A DNA stretch of 64,000 bases from an uncultured Bacteroidales bacterium (GTDB taxonomy: Bacteria; Bacteroidota; Bacteroidia; Bacteroidales; VadinHA17), in NCBI GenBank assembly GCA_963753495.1, contig CAVWCO010000025.1, positions 320,223-384,222 on the forward strand. The letters run 5' to 3'. Both the position numbers and the translations under genes were made by a program. The notes under the pieces were generated by a model. The model did not search any database. It saw only the letters and a program-made list of their open reading frames with translations, and was not told the origin of the DNA. Shown here in pieces: positions 42,981-55,085 of this stretch (position 1 is its first letter; every line of letters begins with the position of its first letter).

Positions 42981-45900
42981 TTGGATATCGGTTCAGTTTC
43001 GCTTAACACGGTACTTTTAGATGAAAAATATAATGTCATTGAGGACTATTATGATTATGTTCATGGAAAACCATTCAATGTACTAAAGGAGAGGCTCACA
43101 TCAATTCTGAAAAATCATCCTTCCGGAACCATTACAGGAATTGCCGTTACCGGAACAGGCGGCAAACTTGCAACTGAACTTATCGGAGGAGTATTTGTAA
43201 ATGAGATAATTGCCCAGGCAACATCCACAGGCAGATTATATCCCGATGCTCAAACAGTTATTGAAATTGGAGGAGAAGATTCAAAACTTATAATTCTTGA
43301 AAAGGATCCTTCAAACGGGCATTCCCGACTGGTCGATTTTGAAATGAACAGTATCTGTGCTGCAGGAACAGGATCATTTCTTGATCAGCAGGCACGGAGG
43401 ATAGGAGTTCCGATTGAGAAGGAGTTTGGAGAAATGGCCATTGAAATCTGTTGATCCTCCCCGGATTGCAGGAAGGTGCAGTGTTTTTGCAAAGAGCGAT
43501 ATGATCCACCATCAGCAGATTAGCAACTCCCTTGCATGATATTGTTGCAGGATTATGTTTTGCACTTGCCCGTAATTTCAGAAGCAATGTGGCAAGAAGC
43601 AAGGAGATTAAGAAACCAGTAATTTTCTCAGGAGGTGTTGCAGCAAATATAGGAATGATCAGAGCCTTCAGGGAAGTTCTTGACCTGAATGAGGATGAAC
43701 TGATTATCCCGGAGCATCATGCCTCGATGGGTGCGATAGGAGCAGTAATGTATGCGCGTTCCAATAATCTTGAGATGAACCATTTCAAGGGGATGGAGAA
43801 GCTGGAAGAGTATCTTGCAGATGACTCAACAGCATTTCAATAGCCTCCCCCAGCTTAAAGAATCAGAGGCAGTCTACAATAAAGTAGTCCATTTTAGAAA
43901 GAATGGAAAAGAAAAGATCCATGTTTATCTTGGTATTGATGTAGGATCGCTGAGTACAAATGTTGTTCTTATCGATCCCGATCATAATGTAATTGCAAGG
44001 CGCTACCTGCCAACTGCAGGAAAACCCCTGGAAGCTATCCAGAAAGGGATGACTGAGATCTTATGATGAGGTTGGTGAAGCATGTTGAAGTTATCGGAGC
44101 AGGCACAACAGGATCAGGCAGGTACCTTACAGGCGATTTTATCGGTGCCGATACCATACAGAATGAGATAACAGCTCAGGCAACTGCTGCAATTGATTAT
44201 GATCCGACTGTTGACACAATTTTTGAAATCGGGGGACAGGATTCAAAATATATCAGCATTGAGAATGGTGTGGTTGTCGACTTTGAAATGAATAAAGTCT
44301 GTGCTGCAGGAACAGGATCATTCCTTGAAGAGCAGGCTGAAAAACTGAATATCAATATTGTTGATGAGTTCGGATGCATGGCACTTGAACTCAGAGTGCC
44401 CGGTAAAGCTGGGCGACAGGTGTACTGTTTTCATGGAATCGGACCTCAATTCATACATGCAGAAGGGTGCAAGGAATGAAAACCTTGTCGGAGGACTTGC
44501 TTATTCAATTGTTTATAACTATCTGCAGAAAGTTGTTGCTGACCGAAAAGTCGGAAACAAAATATTCTTCCAGGGAGGTGTTACAAACAATAAAGCTGTT
44601 GTTGCTGCATTTGAACAGGTTACTGGGAAAGAAAATAATCATTCCTCCGCATTTTGATGTTACCGGTGCTATCGGTGCAGCTATCCTTGCCCAGAAGATC
44701 AATGACAAAAGGGACAGAAAACCACATTTAAAGGTTTCGGAATCAGAAATGTAACATATGAAATCAGCAGGTTTTCATGCCAGAGCTGTGCCAACCATTG
44801 TGAGATCAGAAGAGTGAAAATTGCAGGGGAAAAGAAATCCCTGTTTTATGGCGGAAGGTGTGAAAAATATGAAACTGACGGCCGGAAAAAAATAGCGAAT
44901 AATATCCCGAACCTGTTCAACAAAAGAACAGAGATGCTGATGGAGGGATATCAGGAAAAACGAACCGGGAAAGACCCCACAATCGGTATCCCAAGGGCAC
45001 TGATGGTATTTTACCAGCAGTTCCCGTTCTGGCGTACATTTTTTGAAGAGCTCGGATTCAGGGTAGTAATTTCAAGAGAATCGGATAAAGTCACTTGTCA
45101 GTCAATCAATTGAGACAATGACAACCGAAACATGCCTTCCTGTGGAACTCATGCATGGTCATGTAATTGATCTTATTGAAAAAGGAGTTGATTATATCTT
45201 TCTTCCATTTATTGTAAATGCCAAATTCAGGGAAGGCAACAAGACATTCAACTGCAACTGCCCATGGATTCAGACTTATCCGTTTATGGTAAAGGCAGCG
45301 CTTAAAGGGAAGATTGATGAATCAAAACTGTTGATGCCGACACTTCATTTCAGATTTTTTGAGCGGGCTCTCGTAAAAGAGATGACTACTTATTTCAATG
45401 AAAAATTCGGGATAAGCAAGGAAGAGATTAAAAAAGCCATTTACAAAGCCGATGGAGTTCAGGTATCATTCGAAAAAAGTCTTGTGGAATACGGCAGGGA
45501 TGTTCTTAAAAAATATCCCTGAAAACTGCAGGCCGGTTGTCCTGCTTGGAAGACCCTATAACAGCACTGATCCGCATCTCAATCTTGGACTTGTTGAAAA
45601 GCTTATTACCCAGAATGTAATGCCTATCCCGATTGATATGCTCGACCTGACACCTTACAATATTTTTGAACAATTACAGGAATATGTACTGGCCAAATGG
45701 CCAGAAGATCATTGCAGCTGCCCAGCATGTGGCAAAAACAGATGGATTATATGCTGTTTATCTTAGCAATTTCCGGTGCGGACCCGATTCATTCATATGG
45801 CATTATGTAACTGAAGAGCTGAAAGGTAAGCCATTCCTTCATCTTGAGGTAGATGAACACTCTGCCGATGCCGGTATGGTAACACGTATCGAAGCATTCC

Positions 45901-47190
45901 TCGACAGTCTGAAAGGCTCAGAACAGAATGAGAAGAAGGATGTTAAGATCTTCAGACCGCGTCCAAGTCCATCATCTCCGCCCAAAGACAGGATACTGTA
46001 TTTTCCTTACATGAACGACGGAGCTTACATGATCGCTGCAGCTGCCAGAAGCATCGGCGTACCTTCGGAGGTTCTGCCGCGGCAGGATGAAGAAGACCTG
46101 GCAATAGGAAGAAAATACACTTCATCGAAAGAGTGCTTCCCGATGATATGCACAACCGGAAGCTTCATCAAAAAATTACAGGAACCCGGAGCGGATCCTT
46201 CAAAAATGAGCTTCTTCATGCCTGATCATAACGGTCCCTGCAGGTTTGGACAATACAATCAGTTTCACAGGATACTCTTTGACCGGCTGGGATTTGAAAA
46301 AGCAGAGCTCATTACCCCTTCAAATGATACTTCTTATGAAGATATTGCCGGGGAACATGGCCAGAAGTTCAGGATCAATGCATGGAAAGGATTTATTGTT
46401 GCTGATTATATAAGGAAGATCCACAGGGAGACAAGGCCTTACGAGATCAATAAGGGTGAATCGGACAGGCTATACCAGGATGCAATCCATCGACTTGAGA
46501 GATGCATTGAAAAGGGTGCCCGCGGACTTCATAAGGTGCTGGCCGGAATAGCAGCAGATTTTATGGCAATAAAAGTCGATAAGAGTGTAAGAAAACCGGT
46601 TGTGGCTATTATCGGGGAGATATTTATGCGCGATAATTCAGGCTGTAACGGCAATATTGCCAACCGGCTTGAAGATCTTGGTGTTGAGGTTGTTATCGGG
46701 CCATTCTCCGAATGGATATATTATTCCACATACCGTTTTACCCGCGACAGCAGGTGGAAAAATGATATAAAGGGAATAATTAAATCCAAAATCCAGGGAT
46801 ATCGGACAGGATGTAATTGCAGAATCATTATTGAGGGGGATTAAGAAATTCACCGACCATGAAAAAGATGTATCACTTCATGAAATGCTGAAGTTATGCA
46901 ACACTTATGTGAATGAGTTTTATGACGGTGATCCTCCGATAGCCATGGGTACTTCAGTGGCCCTGACAAAAAGAGGTGTTTCAGGTCTGGCTGCAATTCT
47001 GCCATTCACCTGTATGCCCGGAACTCTTATAGCTTCAGTAAGCGATTCATTCAGGAAGGACCATAATAATATTCCTTTCATAAACATAGCATACGACGGA
47101 CAGGATTCAGTTTCACTTGATACAAGGCTGCAGGCATTCGTATTCCAGGTGAAGGAGTTTGCAGCTATATCAGAACCAGTGCATGCCTGA
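42981..47190 (+). pseudogene. Giant acyl-CoA-dehydratase-activase-related protein. It has two BadF/BadG/BcrA/BcrD ASKHA ATPase domains and a DUF2229/HgdB-like domain (YjiL-YjiM-like fusion), and is broken into at least 11 ORFs.
   Basis: ASKHA motifs MDIGSVSLNTVLLD...ICAAGTGSFLDQQA (42981..43454) and LGIDVGSLSTNVVLID...CAAGTGSFLEEQA (43815..44479). The Cys motif CQSCANHCE is near 44790. DUF2229-like regions are in 45118..47190. Confidence 0.65.
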
Positions 47191-47221
47191 TACAAGAATG
47201 TAAGACTTTCAGGATTATTTA

Positions 47222-48350
47222 TCAGGATACTTTAAATCCAAGGTCCTTAAGGAGCTTTGTAATCTCCTTGTTACCATCCTTAAGCTTTATTGTGTAGAAT
47301 GAGAATTCGCGCCTGACAGGGTAGTTCTCTCTTTCTTTTTCGAAACGGGAAGGATCGAATCTAAGTCTGACGTCATCTTCAACTATATTATAGGAATGGA
47401 ATACCGCTTTTCTCAGTATCTCTTCATTGCTTTTACCGTTGCAGTCGATTGCAAGGACAGATTCCGGTAAATCAGGAACTTCAGACGGATACCAGTCAGC
47501 AAGAGGAATACCGAAAAACTCGCATAAATCCTTAACAATCATTGCAGTTCCGTTGGCTTTGCCATCGGCTGAATATCCTGCAATATGAGGAGTTGCCAAG
47601 AAATGACATATGCATAAGCGGAATATCAATTTCAGGTTCTCTCTCCCATACATCTATCACAACACCTGCAAGCTTCTCTTCAGCCAGCGCATCTTTCAGC
47701 GCTTCTGTTTCTGCAACTTCGCCACGTGATGCATTTATAAACCAGCAACCTTTTTTGATCCTGCCTAATGTTTCCCTGTTAAAAAGATGGAAAGTCTTAT
47801 CTTGTCCATCCATATTCAAAGGGACATGAAGTGTTATAATATCGGATTCTCCAAGAAGATGTTCAAGGCTGACAAAACTCTTTTTCTTCTCATTTCTTTC
47901 CCTTGGAGGATCGTTCAGGAGCACTTTCATCCCCAGTGCATTTGCCAGATATTGAACTTTTGAACCTACATTTCCAACTCCTATTATGCCGATCGTTTTG
48001 TCTTTAAGGTCAAATCCCGATTCTGCTGAAATTCTCAATAATGACGCTGCAATATACTGCTGTACAGATGATGAATTACAGCCCGGGGCATTTTTCCACC
48101 TGATATTATTCTCCTTACAAAAGTCAGTATCAATATGATCATATCCTATTGTAGCTGTCCCAATAAACTTCACAGGAGTTCCTTTAAGAAGTTCCGGATT
48201 GCACCTGGTCCTTGTTCTTACAAGCAGAGCATCAGATCTCATAGCATGATTCCTGTCAATTTGATTACCAGGCAAATATGAAACAGTGGCAAAAGGTTCC
48301 AGAACTCCCTTCAGGAATGGAATTTTATCATCTGCCGTTATTCTGATCAT
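47222..48350 (-). CDS. pdxB: Erythronate-4-phosphate dehydrogenase-like D-2-hydroxyacid dehydrogenase with a frame break near 47600.
   Basis: The NAD-binding GIIGVGNVGSKV and catalytic region are in 47532..48350. The PdxB-type C-terminal dimerisation tail (…YPVRREFSFYTIKL…) is in 47222..47653. Confidence 0.65.
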
Positions 48351-48612
48351 AACTTTTAAATTTCACCTGAAAGTTAATAAAATTTGTCGCTTTTTTAATT
48401 AATGTAAATTGTATGACAGTAAAATTATAAAATACCCTGACACATCGTTCCAGGCATTGAGTCAGTTTTAATCGCTCCCTGATACTGGCTGTAAAAATAA
48501 TATCCTGATAAACAATATAATATCATTGGTACTATTTTTGAATTACATTAATCAATATGGTTTATTTATTTATTTGTATATTTAAACATCAAAACAGATC
48601 TGCTTAAAAAAA

Positions 48613-49510
48613 ATGTTATGAAATCAAAATTTGCTCTTATAATATTAGTATTAATTCCTTTTCTGGGCATAAATGCCCAGCAGCCAATCGTTGTTGCTGC
48701 AGACACTCTTGTGATGGCCAAGTTCATGGTGCCAGGGTTATCGGTTACAATACCTGAAGCTGATTATGATGAAGCTGTAAAAGATGGGTAAAAGATATCC
48801 AAAGCGGAACAAAGTCGAAAGTGGTTACCGAAAAAGACGAGATGTCGATCTTTGGTGCAAGGCTTAAAAACATCAGCCCCAATCCTGTAAATATTTACAG
48901 CAAGATTATAAAGCTCGATTCAATGCTTAAGCTGTACGTATCGATAGAAACGAAAAAAGATGAGTATATCGAACAGGCAAACAATGCTGAGTTCATAAAG
49001 GTGCGCGATTATATTAAGGAATTCGCCAAGAACCAGTATATCGATGTAGCAAAAGTCCAGGCCGATGCTGAGGAGAAAAAGCTAAAGGATCTCCAGAAAG
49101 AATTATCATCGCTCGAGAACGAGAAATCAAAAATGCTGAAAACTATTCAGTCAGATAACGGAGATATTCTTAGTGCAAAAGATAACATTACAGTTCAGAA
49201 CAATGAACTGAGAAGTGTGGAAGCATCCTTAAAAGAACAGAATAGCTTACTGGCCGGAATGGAAGAAGGACCTGCACAGAAAGAAAAAGCCAGCCAGGTA
49301 AAGGATCTCGAAAAAAGAAAGAAAAAAGCGCTGAACGAAATTGATTCATCTGAGAAAAAGATCAAAAAATCGAATGATGCAATAGAGAAAGCTAATAAGG
49401 AGATCCCGGAAAATGAACTGATGCAGGAAAAGGTAAGAGAACAGATTATAATGCAGGAAGGCGTATATCAGAAATATGCTGATAAGCTCAAGACTATCAA
49501 ATCATACTGA
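48613..49510 (+). CDS. Secreted coiled-coil protein of unknown function with a frame break in an A-run near 48780.
   Basis: Signal MKSKFALIILVLIPFLGINAQ at 48613. The main ORF 48821..49510 is K/E-rich with heptad character. Confidence 0.45.
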
Positions 49511-49585
49511 TTTTTATCTGTCCTCCCTTCTCCCAGTGAACTGGGAGTTTTAATTTCAGTTATCAGAGAAACGCCGGGTAAAAGT

Positions 49586-51750
49586 CTATTCTATAATTGT
49601 CATCTCATCCAGGAGATACCCGGCACCTGCGAATTTGTCGATAATAAATAAGGCAAATCTTATATCGAGGCTTATATTACGGCTCTGATCAGGATTAAAA
49701 GCCATATCACTGGCGACCCCTTCCCATGCCCTGTCAAAATTAATACCTATCAGGTAACCCTCGGCATTTATAACCGGGCTCCCGGAATTTCCTCCGGTAG
49801 TGTGGTTGTTTGCAATAAAACAAACAGGTACCTCTCCATCCTGTGCATAACGTCCAAAATCGCGTTTTGCATACAATTCCTTCAACCTGTCCGGAACATC
49901 ATAGTCATAAATTTCAGGATTATCCTTTTCAATTATACCCTTAAGAGTTGAAACAGGTTTGAAGTAAACAGCATCCTTTGAATAGTATCCCTGTATGGTC
50001 CCAAAAGCGACCCTGAGGGTTGAATTGGCATCAGGATAGAAAACTTTTTCGCTCTCATATTCCATCTGCGCTTTCATGTATCTTTTGTTAAGCTTTTGCA
50101 ATTCTCCGTTTAGCCTTATCAGCTCTGGTCTTACATTGACTGTCAGAAATAATGCTGCATCGAGCGAAAGAGAATAAAACGGATCCCTTTTCAATTTCTT
50201 AACCGATGATTTGTTGAAATCTTTAATGAATGCAACATATCTTTGCTCATCAGCAAATGGTGTAATGCTGTATATTTTGGATGCAATACCGGAAAAATCC
50301 CCTTTGTACTTATTCTTAAGTTTCAGATATCCGGGAGAAAGCCATTTTTCATCAAGCGATTCTCCATACATATTCATCATGGCAACAAACAGTTTCTGAT
50401 CAGTCTCCTTATTATAATCCTTGAAAAACTGACCGGCATCTTCAATAAGTTTATCCTTCAATTTTTGAATATCTTCAGCCTGCTGCATCGTTCTCATACA
50501 TATCTGCCAGCTCTCTGGTTCTTCTTGACAATGCAAATGCCTCAACACCATTAATTACTTCATTTGTGAAGCTGTTGACAAGGGTGTATTCCTTAAGATT
50601 GTCATATATTTCCCTGTAAGCAGGAAGGATATCCCCGTAATCTGCTTTCCTTTTTACATCCGAATCGATCCATTGAGTCAGTTCCGCTTCAAACTCCTGC
50701 TTTTTGCCGATGGTATTCATCCTTTCAAGTCCCTGGATCTCCCCTATCCACTTTTTCCATGAATTGGAAATACCGGCTTTCTTTGCAGAATACTGTATCC
50801 TGATCAGCGGATCGGAGTTCATTGCCTCATCAATGATCTCAATCTTTTTCGACCTGATACTGATCATTTTCGGATTAATATAGTTTTTAACCATATCAAT
50901 ATGAAATGAGGGGACATATTCAGAAGTAGAACCCGGATAACCAAATACCATTGTAAAATCACCCTCTTTGACACCCTTCAGGGAGATTGGAAAATAATAT
51001 GCAGGTTTGTATGGCACATTATCAGCCGAATAATCGGCTGGCTGGTTATTGGTGTCTGCATAAACCCTGAACAGGGAAAAATCACCTGTATGCCGCGGCC
51101 AAATCCAGTTATCAGTATCACCGCCGAACTTGCCGATTGATGAAGGCGGGGCTCCAACAAGCCTGACATCCCTGAAAGTCTCATTCACAAACAAAAAATA
51201 CTGATTACCCATAAAAAACGGCCGTACTGACGCTTTGTAACCAGTACCTTCAACCGCCTGTTTCACAATATTTTCAATATTTGCTGAAATAAGATTTTCG
51301 CGGTCCGGCGATGGCATATCGTCAGAGACACCCGAAAGAACTCTTGTAGTGACATCTTCCATCCATTTCAAAAGTGTTACAGTATACTCCGGGATTGGGA
51401 AGCTCTTCTTTTCCTGACATTGCCCAGAAGCCATTTGTGAGATAATCATTTTCAAGGCTCGAATGTTCCTGTATCTGTCCGTAGCCACAATGGTGATTGG
51501 TTATCAGAAGTCCTTCTGCTGAAATAAGTTCCGCTGTGCAGCCTCCGTTGAAATTTACGACAGCATCTTTCATGCAGGCTCTGTTTACACTGTAAATATC
51601 CTCAGCAGAGAGCTTAAAGCCTTTTTCCTGCATCAGCTTAATATTGTATTTTTCAATAAGCAGAGGTATCCAGATACCTTCATCAGGAGGTGTTGAAAAT
51701 CCGGACAAAGTAACTAAAAGCAATGTGGATGCTAGCAGTATTTTTTTCAT
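49586..51750 (-). CDS. S46-family dipeptidyl-peptidase (DPP7/DPP11-like), split into 3 ORFs.
   Basis: GGCTAELISAEGLLITNHHCGYG in 51322..51750. The Ser-protease C-terminal domain is in 49586..50551, with the middle part in 50475..51488. Confidence 0.8.
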
Positions 51751-51823
51751 ATTGATGTATTTCTTTGTTAAACAGATGGTTCTATCCCTTTACCTCCAAC
51801 AGGGGGGTTAAAAATATTTTGTT

Positions 51824-52442
51824 TTAAATCCCCTTCAGGGGGTTGGGGGCGATAAATTTATGTAATTCATGGTAAACCTGTTCAACCGGCAGACCCATGA
51901 CATTAAAATATGATCCTTCAATATGACTGCACGCCGCAAGGCCGATCCATTCCTGTATGCCGTATGCTCCAGCTTTATCATAGGGTCTGAAGCTATCGAC
52001 ATAATATTCAATTTCGTCGTTTGTCAGCTCTGAAAATGTCACCTTTGTTGAAGAAAAAAAAGATACAAACTTCGACTTTGACAGACAGACATACTCCGGT
52101 TATAACTCTATGTGTATTTCCTGATATTTCCTTAAGAATTTTAATGGCATCATCCCTGCCGGCAGGCTTATCAAGGACTTTATTCTTACACCACACAATT
52201 GTATCGGCAGTAATCACAATCTCATTATCCCTTATCCCGGACCTGAAAGTTCTGGCTTTTGACCTTGCCACATAAAGAGCAATCTCTTCACCTTTGAGAT
52301 GTGAGGGATATTCTTCGGTCCAGTCCCTGACCTCAACTTCAAAATTCAGTCCCAGATCCTTCAGAAGCTGCTTTCTCCGGGGAGAACGGGAAGCAAGTAT
52401 TATTCTGTACTTATTGATATCCTCAATTCCCATATCAGACAA
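51824..52442 (-). CDS. maf: Maf-like nucleoside-triphosphate pyrophosphatase with a frame break near 52030.
   Basis: ILASRSPRR...ADTIV in 52008..52442. The C-terminal YGIQEWIG motif is in 51824..52042. Confidence 0.8.
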
Positions 52443-53428
52443 GATTCTGGTCCAGGATCACTTTTACAACTACTGAATAAAGAACACCCGCGACCATGAT
52501 GATCTTCATTATCCTGCTTGCATTATGAAGCTGCTTTTTATTGACACTGACAATTAACTGATATACCACAAATAATAAAGGAATTACAATTGCGCAGGAA
52601 ATATAAATCAATGTAATCCTGTCATTCAGGAAAAAATACCATACAACATAGAGCAATCCGGCAGTTATGAGGATCAGCAGAATGGAAATAATCCTTGCAG
52701 TCAGGGTTCCGGTCACCACAGGGATTGTATTTCTTCCATAAGCCATATCACCTTCAAAGTCTTCAATATCCTTTATTATTTCCCTTGTCAGGGTTGTCAG
52801 AAAAGCAAATATTGCAAAACCACCTGTCCAGTAAAAGAGAAGCCCCAGCTGAGGCGGAGTCACTGTGTTTATGGCATAATACCTGTAGAGTGCAGGCCAC
52901 TCATATACAACCACCATCATCGGAACCATCGCTGTAAGCAGTGCAACTACAATGTTCCCGATCAGAAACTGCCTTTTATAGCTTGCTGAATAAAAGTAGA
53001 GCAAGCCCGGAGACGATCAGAAAAAGAATCCCCATCCAGAAATATCCGGCTTTCCAGGAGATATAAAATCCTGCCGCTACACCAGTCGAATTTAAAATAT
53101 TATGCCACATCATTGCCTGGCGCCTGGGAATTTTCGTTCCTACAATTACTTCTCCCCTGTTAATCAGATCGGTTTTAATGTCGAAGTAGTCGTTTATAAC
53201 ATATCCGCCGGCAGTAATGGAGAGCGTTGCAAAAACAAGTATCAGAAAATCGTACCATGGAAATTTAAGTGTCAATGTAACTTCTTCCTCAAATCCATTG
53301 TTCAGGACGACAGTAATCCTGTTGATCAAAGGTTCGATTACGGCATATCTCATCAGGATCATTGTCAGAGCAACAATGAGAAGATTAGGCCATCTGATGA
53401 GATTAAGAAAAGCTTTCATCGCTACCAT
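52435..53428 (-). CDS. UbiA-family prenyltransferase with a frame break near 52990.
   Basis: The NDYFDIKTD motif and a polytopic membrane profile across 52976..53428 and 52435..53004. Confidence 0.7.
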
Positions 53429-53943
53429 GTAAATGCATCGGCATCCATCCAGTTATTATGCAGTCTTAAAACCTGTTCAATAACATCCCTGACACACCCT
53501 TCTCCCCCCTTTTTATCTGAAACATAAATAGCCACCTGCTTAATCTCACTGTCAGCATCTGAAGGGCATACAGGGACTCCCGCTGCTTTCATAACCTTAT
53601 AATCAGGGATATCGTCACCCATAAACAGAACATCTGATTCCCGGATATTATGTTTCTTTAAAAAAGCATTGAAATGTTCGATCTTCGAACGGCTGTTAAG
53701 ATAAACATCCCTGACACCAAGCTGTTTCAGCCTTTTCAGGTATTCCTTTGAGTTACTTCCTGAAATGATGGCAACATGATAACCTTTTCTTACCGCAAGC
53801 TGTATTGCATAACCATCGCGAAGGTTTACTGTACGGTTCGGAACGCCGAATGAGTTAAGGTTTATTGTCTGTAACGACAGCACTCCGTCAATATCAAAGA
53901 CAAATGCTTTAACTTTCGTCAGGTCTTCCTTAAAATTGGTCAT
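53422..53943 (-). CDS. kdsC: KdsC-type HAD phosphatase (3-deoxy-D-manno-octulosonate-8-phosphate phosphatase).
   Basis: FVFDIDGVLS and GDDIPD are HAD motifs. The ORF is intact at 173 aa. Confidence 0.8.
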   Translation of the reverse strand: MTNFKEDLTKVKAFVFDIDGVLSLQTINLNSFGVPNRTVNLRDGYAIQLAVRKGYHVAIISGSNSKEYLKRLKQLGVRDVYLNSRSKIEHFNAFLKKHNIRESDVLFMGDDIPDYKVMKAAGVPVCPSDADSEIKQVAIYVSDKKGGEGCVRDVIEQVLRLHNNWMDADAFTW

Positions 53944-54715
53944 TATTTACGGTTTTTATAGAATTGCATAATTGATCTGGTTACTTCCCTGTAAACAGCT
54001 TGTAATTCAGGTGAGAAAGATAATAAATCAATATGTCTTTTAATAGTCCCTTCATCAAATCTGAATGCCGGACCTGTTTGTGAATTCTCAGGACCCGTTT
54101 CAATGGCTTTAAGAATAGTCTCATTTATCAAAGGTTGCAGAACTTCAAACTGAAATCCGGCTCTTGAAGTCAGCTGTTTACCGGAAGTCATCATGTGGTT
54201 TATAAAATTGCACACAAATACGGCAGCTACATGGAGCAGTCTTCTGTGTTCAGTATCAACAAAATGGACCTTGCCACCAATCGACTCGGCAAGATCTTTA
54301 AGGATTGTTGATGAGTAAGAATCTGATGCCTCCAGGAAGAATGGAAGATCATCGAATTCTATTGTGCGGTTTTCTGAAAAAGTCTGCAGGGGATAAAAAA
54401 CCCCTGTATGTTTAATATGGTCCGGGAAAACTTCAAGCCCCAGGCTTCCTGCAGTATGTGCGACAACGATGTTCTCAGGGCATTTGATCCTCTCAGAACA
54501 TCTGCCAAATTATCATCAGGAACAGCAACAATTAATATTTCTTCCGATCCTGAAAACTGATAATCAGACGACCACAAAGCATTGCACGACCCCGCCAGGA
54601 TCTCGCCTCTTCCTTCAGTCCTTGAAACTATCTGTTGAATTTTAATAGCCGGACATATGAAATTTCCGGCACAGAGCACCTGCAACTTTGCCTGCACCAA
54701 TAAAAGATATTCTGT
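53943..54715 (-). CDS. Rossmann-like DUF2520-family protein, broken into several frames.
   Basis: N-terminal ISFIGAGKVAGAL (at 54700s), middle NIVVAHTAGSLG...FYPLQTF, and the C-terminus in 53943..54215. Confidence 0.5.
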
Positions 54716-54747
54716 ACTCCTTCACAGAACAATAAATGTATGTATCT

Positions 54748-55065
54748 TCAGGCCTGTGCTGTCGGACCTCCAAATGACAAAGGCAAAACAGGTGCGGATC
54801 CTTTTACGTCCTTAATTGTGCCATGAACCGATTCATATTTGGCAATATTATCCTGCAGAGCTGCAACCAGCCTCTTTGCATGCTCAGGAGTGAGAATAAT
54901 CCTTGATTTTACCTGTGCCTTTGGTATTCCGGGCATAATCCGCACAAAGTCGATCACAAATTCCGAAGATGAATGAGTAATAACAGCAAGATTTGAATAG
55001 GTCCCCTGTGCTATTTCCTCATTCAGTTCAATGTTAATCTGATTAGGATTCTTTGGATCTGACAT
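54748..55065 (-). CDS. DUF3467-family small protein, a conserved neighbour of rpoC in Bacteroidota.
   Basis: An intact 105-aa ORF immediately downstream of rpoC. Confidence 0.55.
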   Translation of the reverse strand: MSDPKNPNQINIELNEEIAQGTYSNLAVITHSSSEFVIDFVRIMPGIPKAQVKSRIILTPEHAKRLVAALQDNIAKYESVHGTIKDVKGSAPVLPLSFGGPTAQA

Positions 55066-55085
55066 TTCTTTACCGATTAATATTT

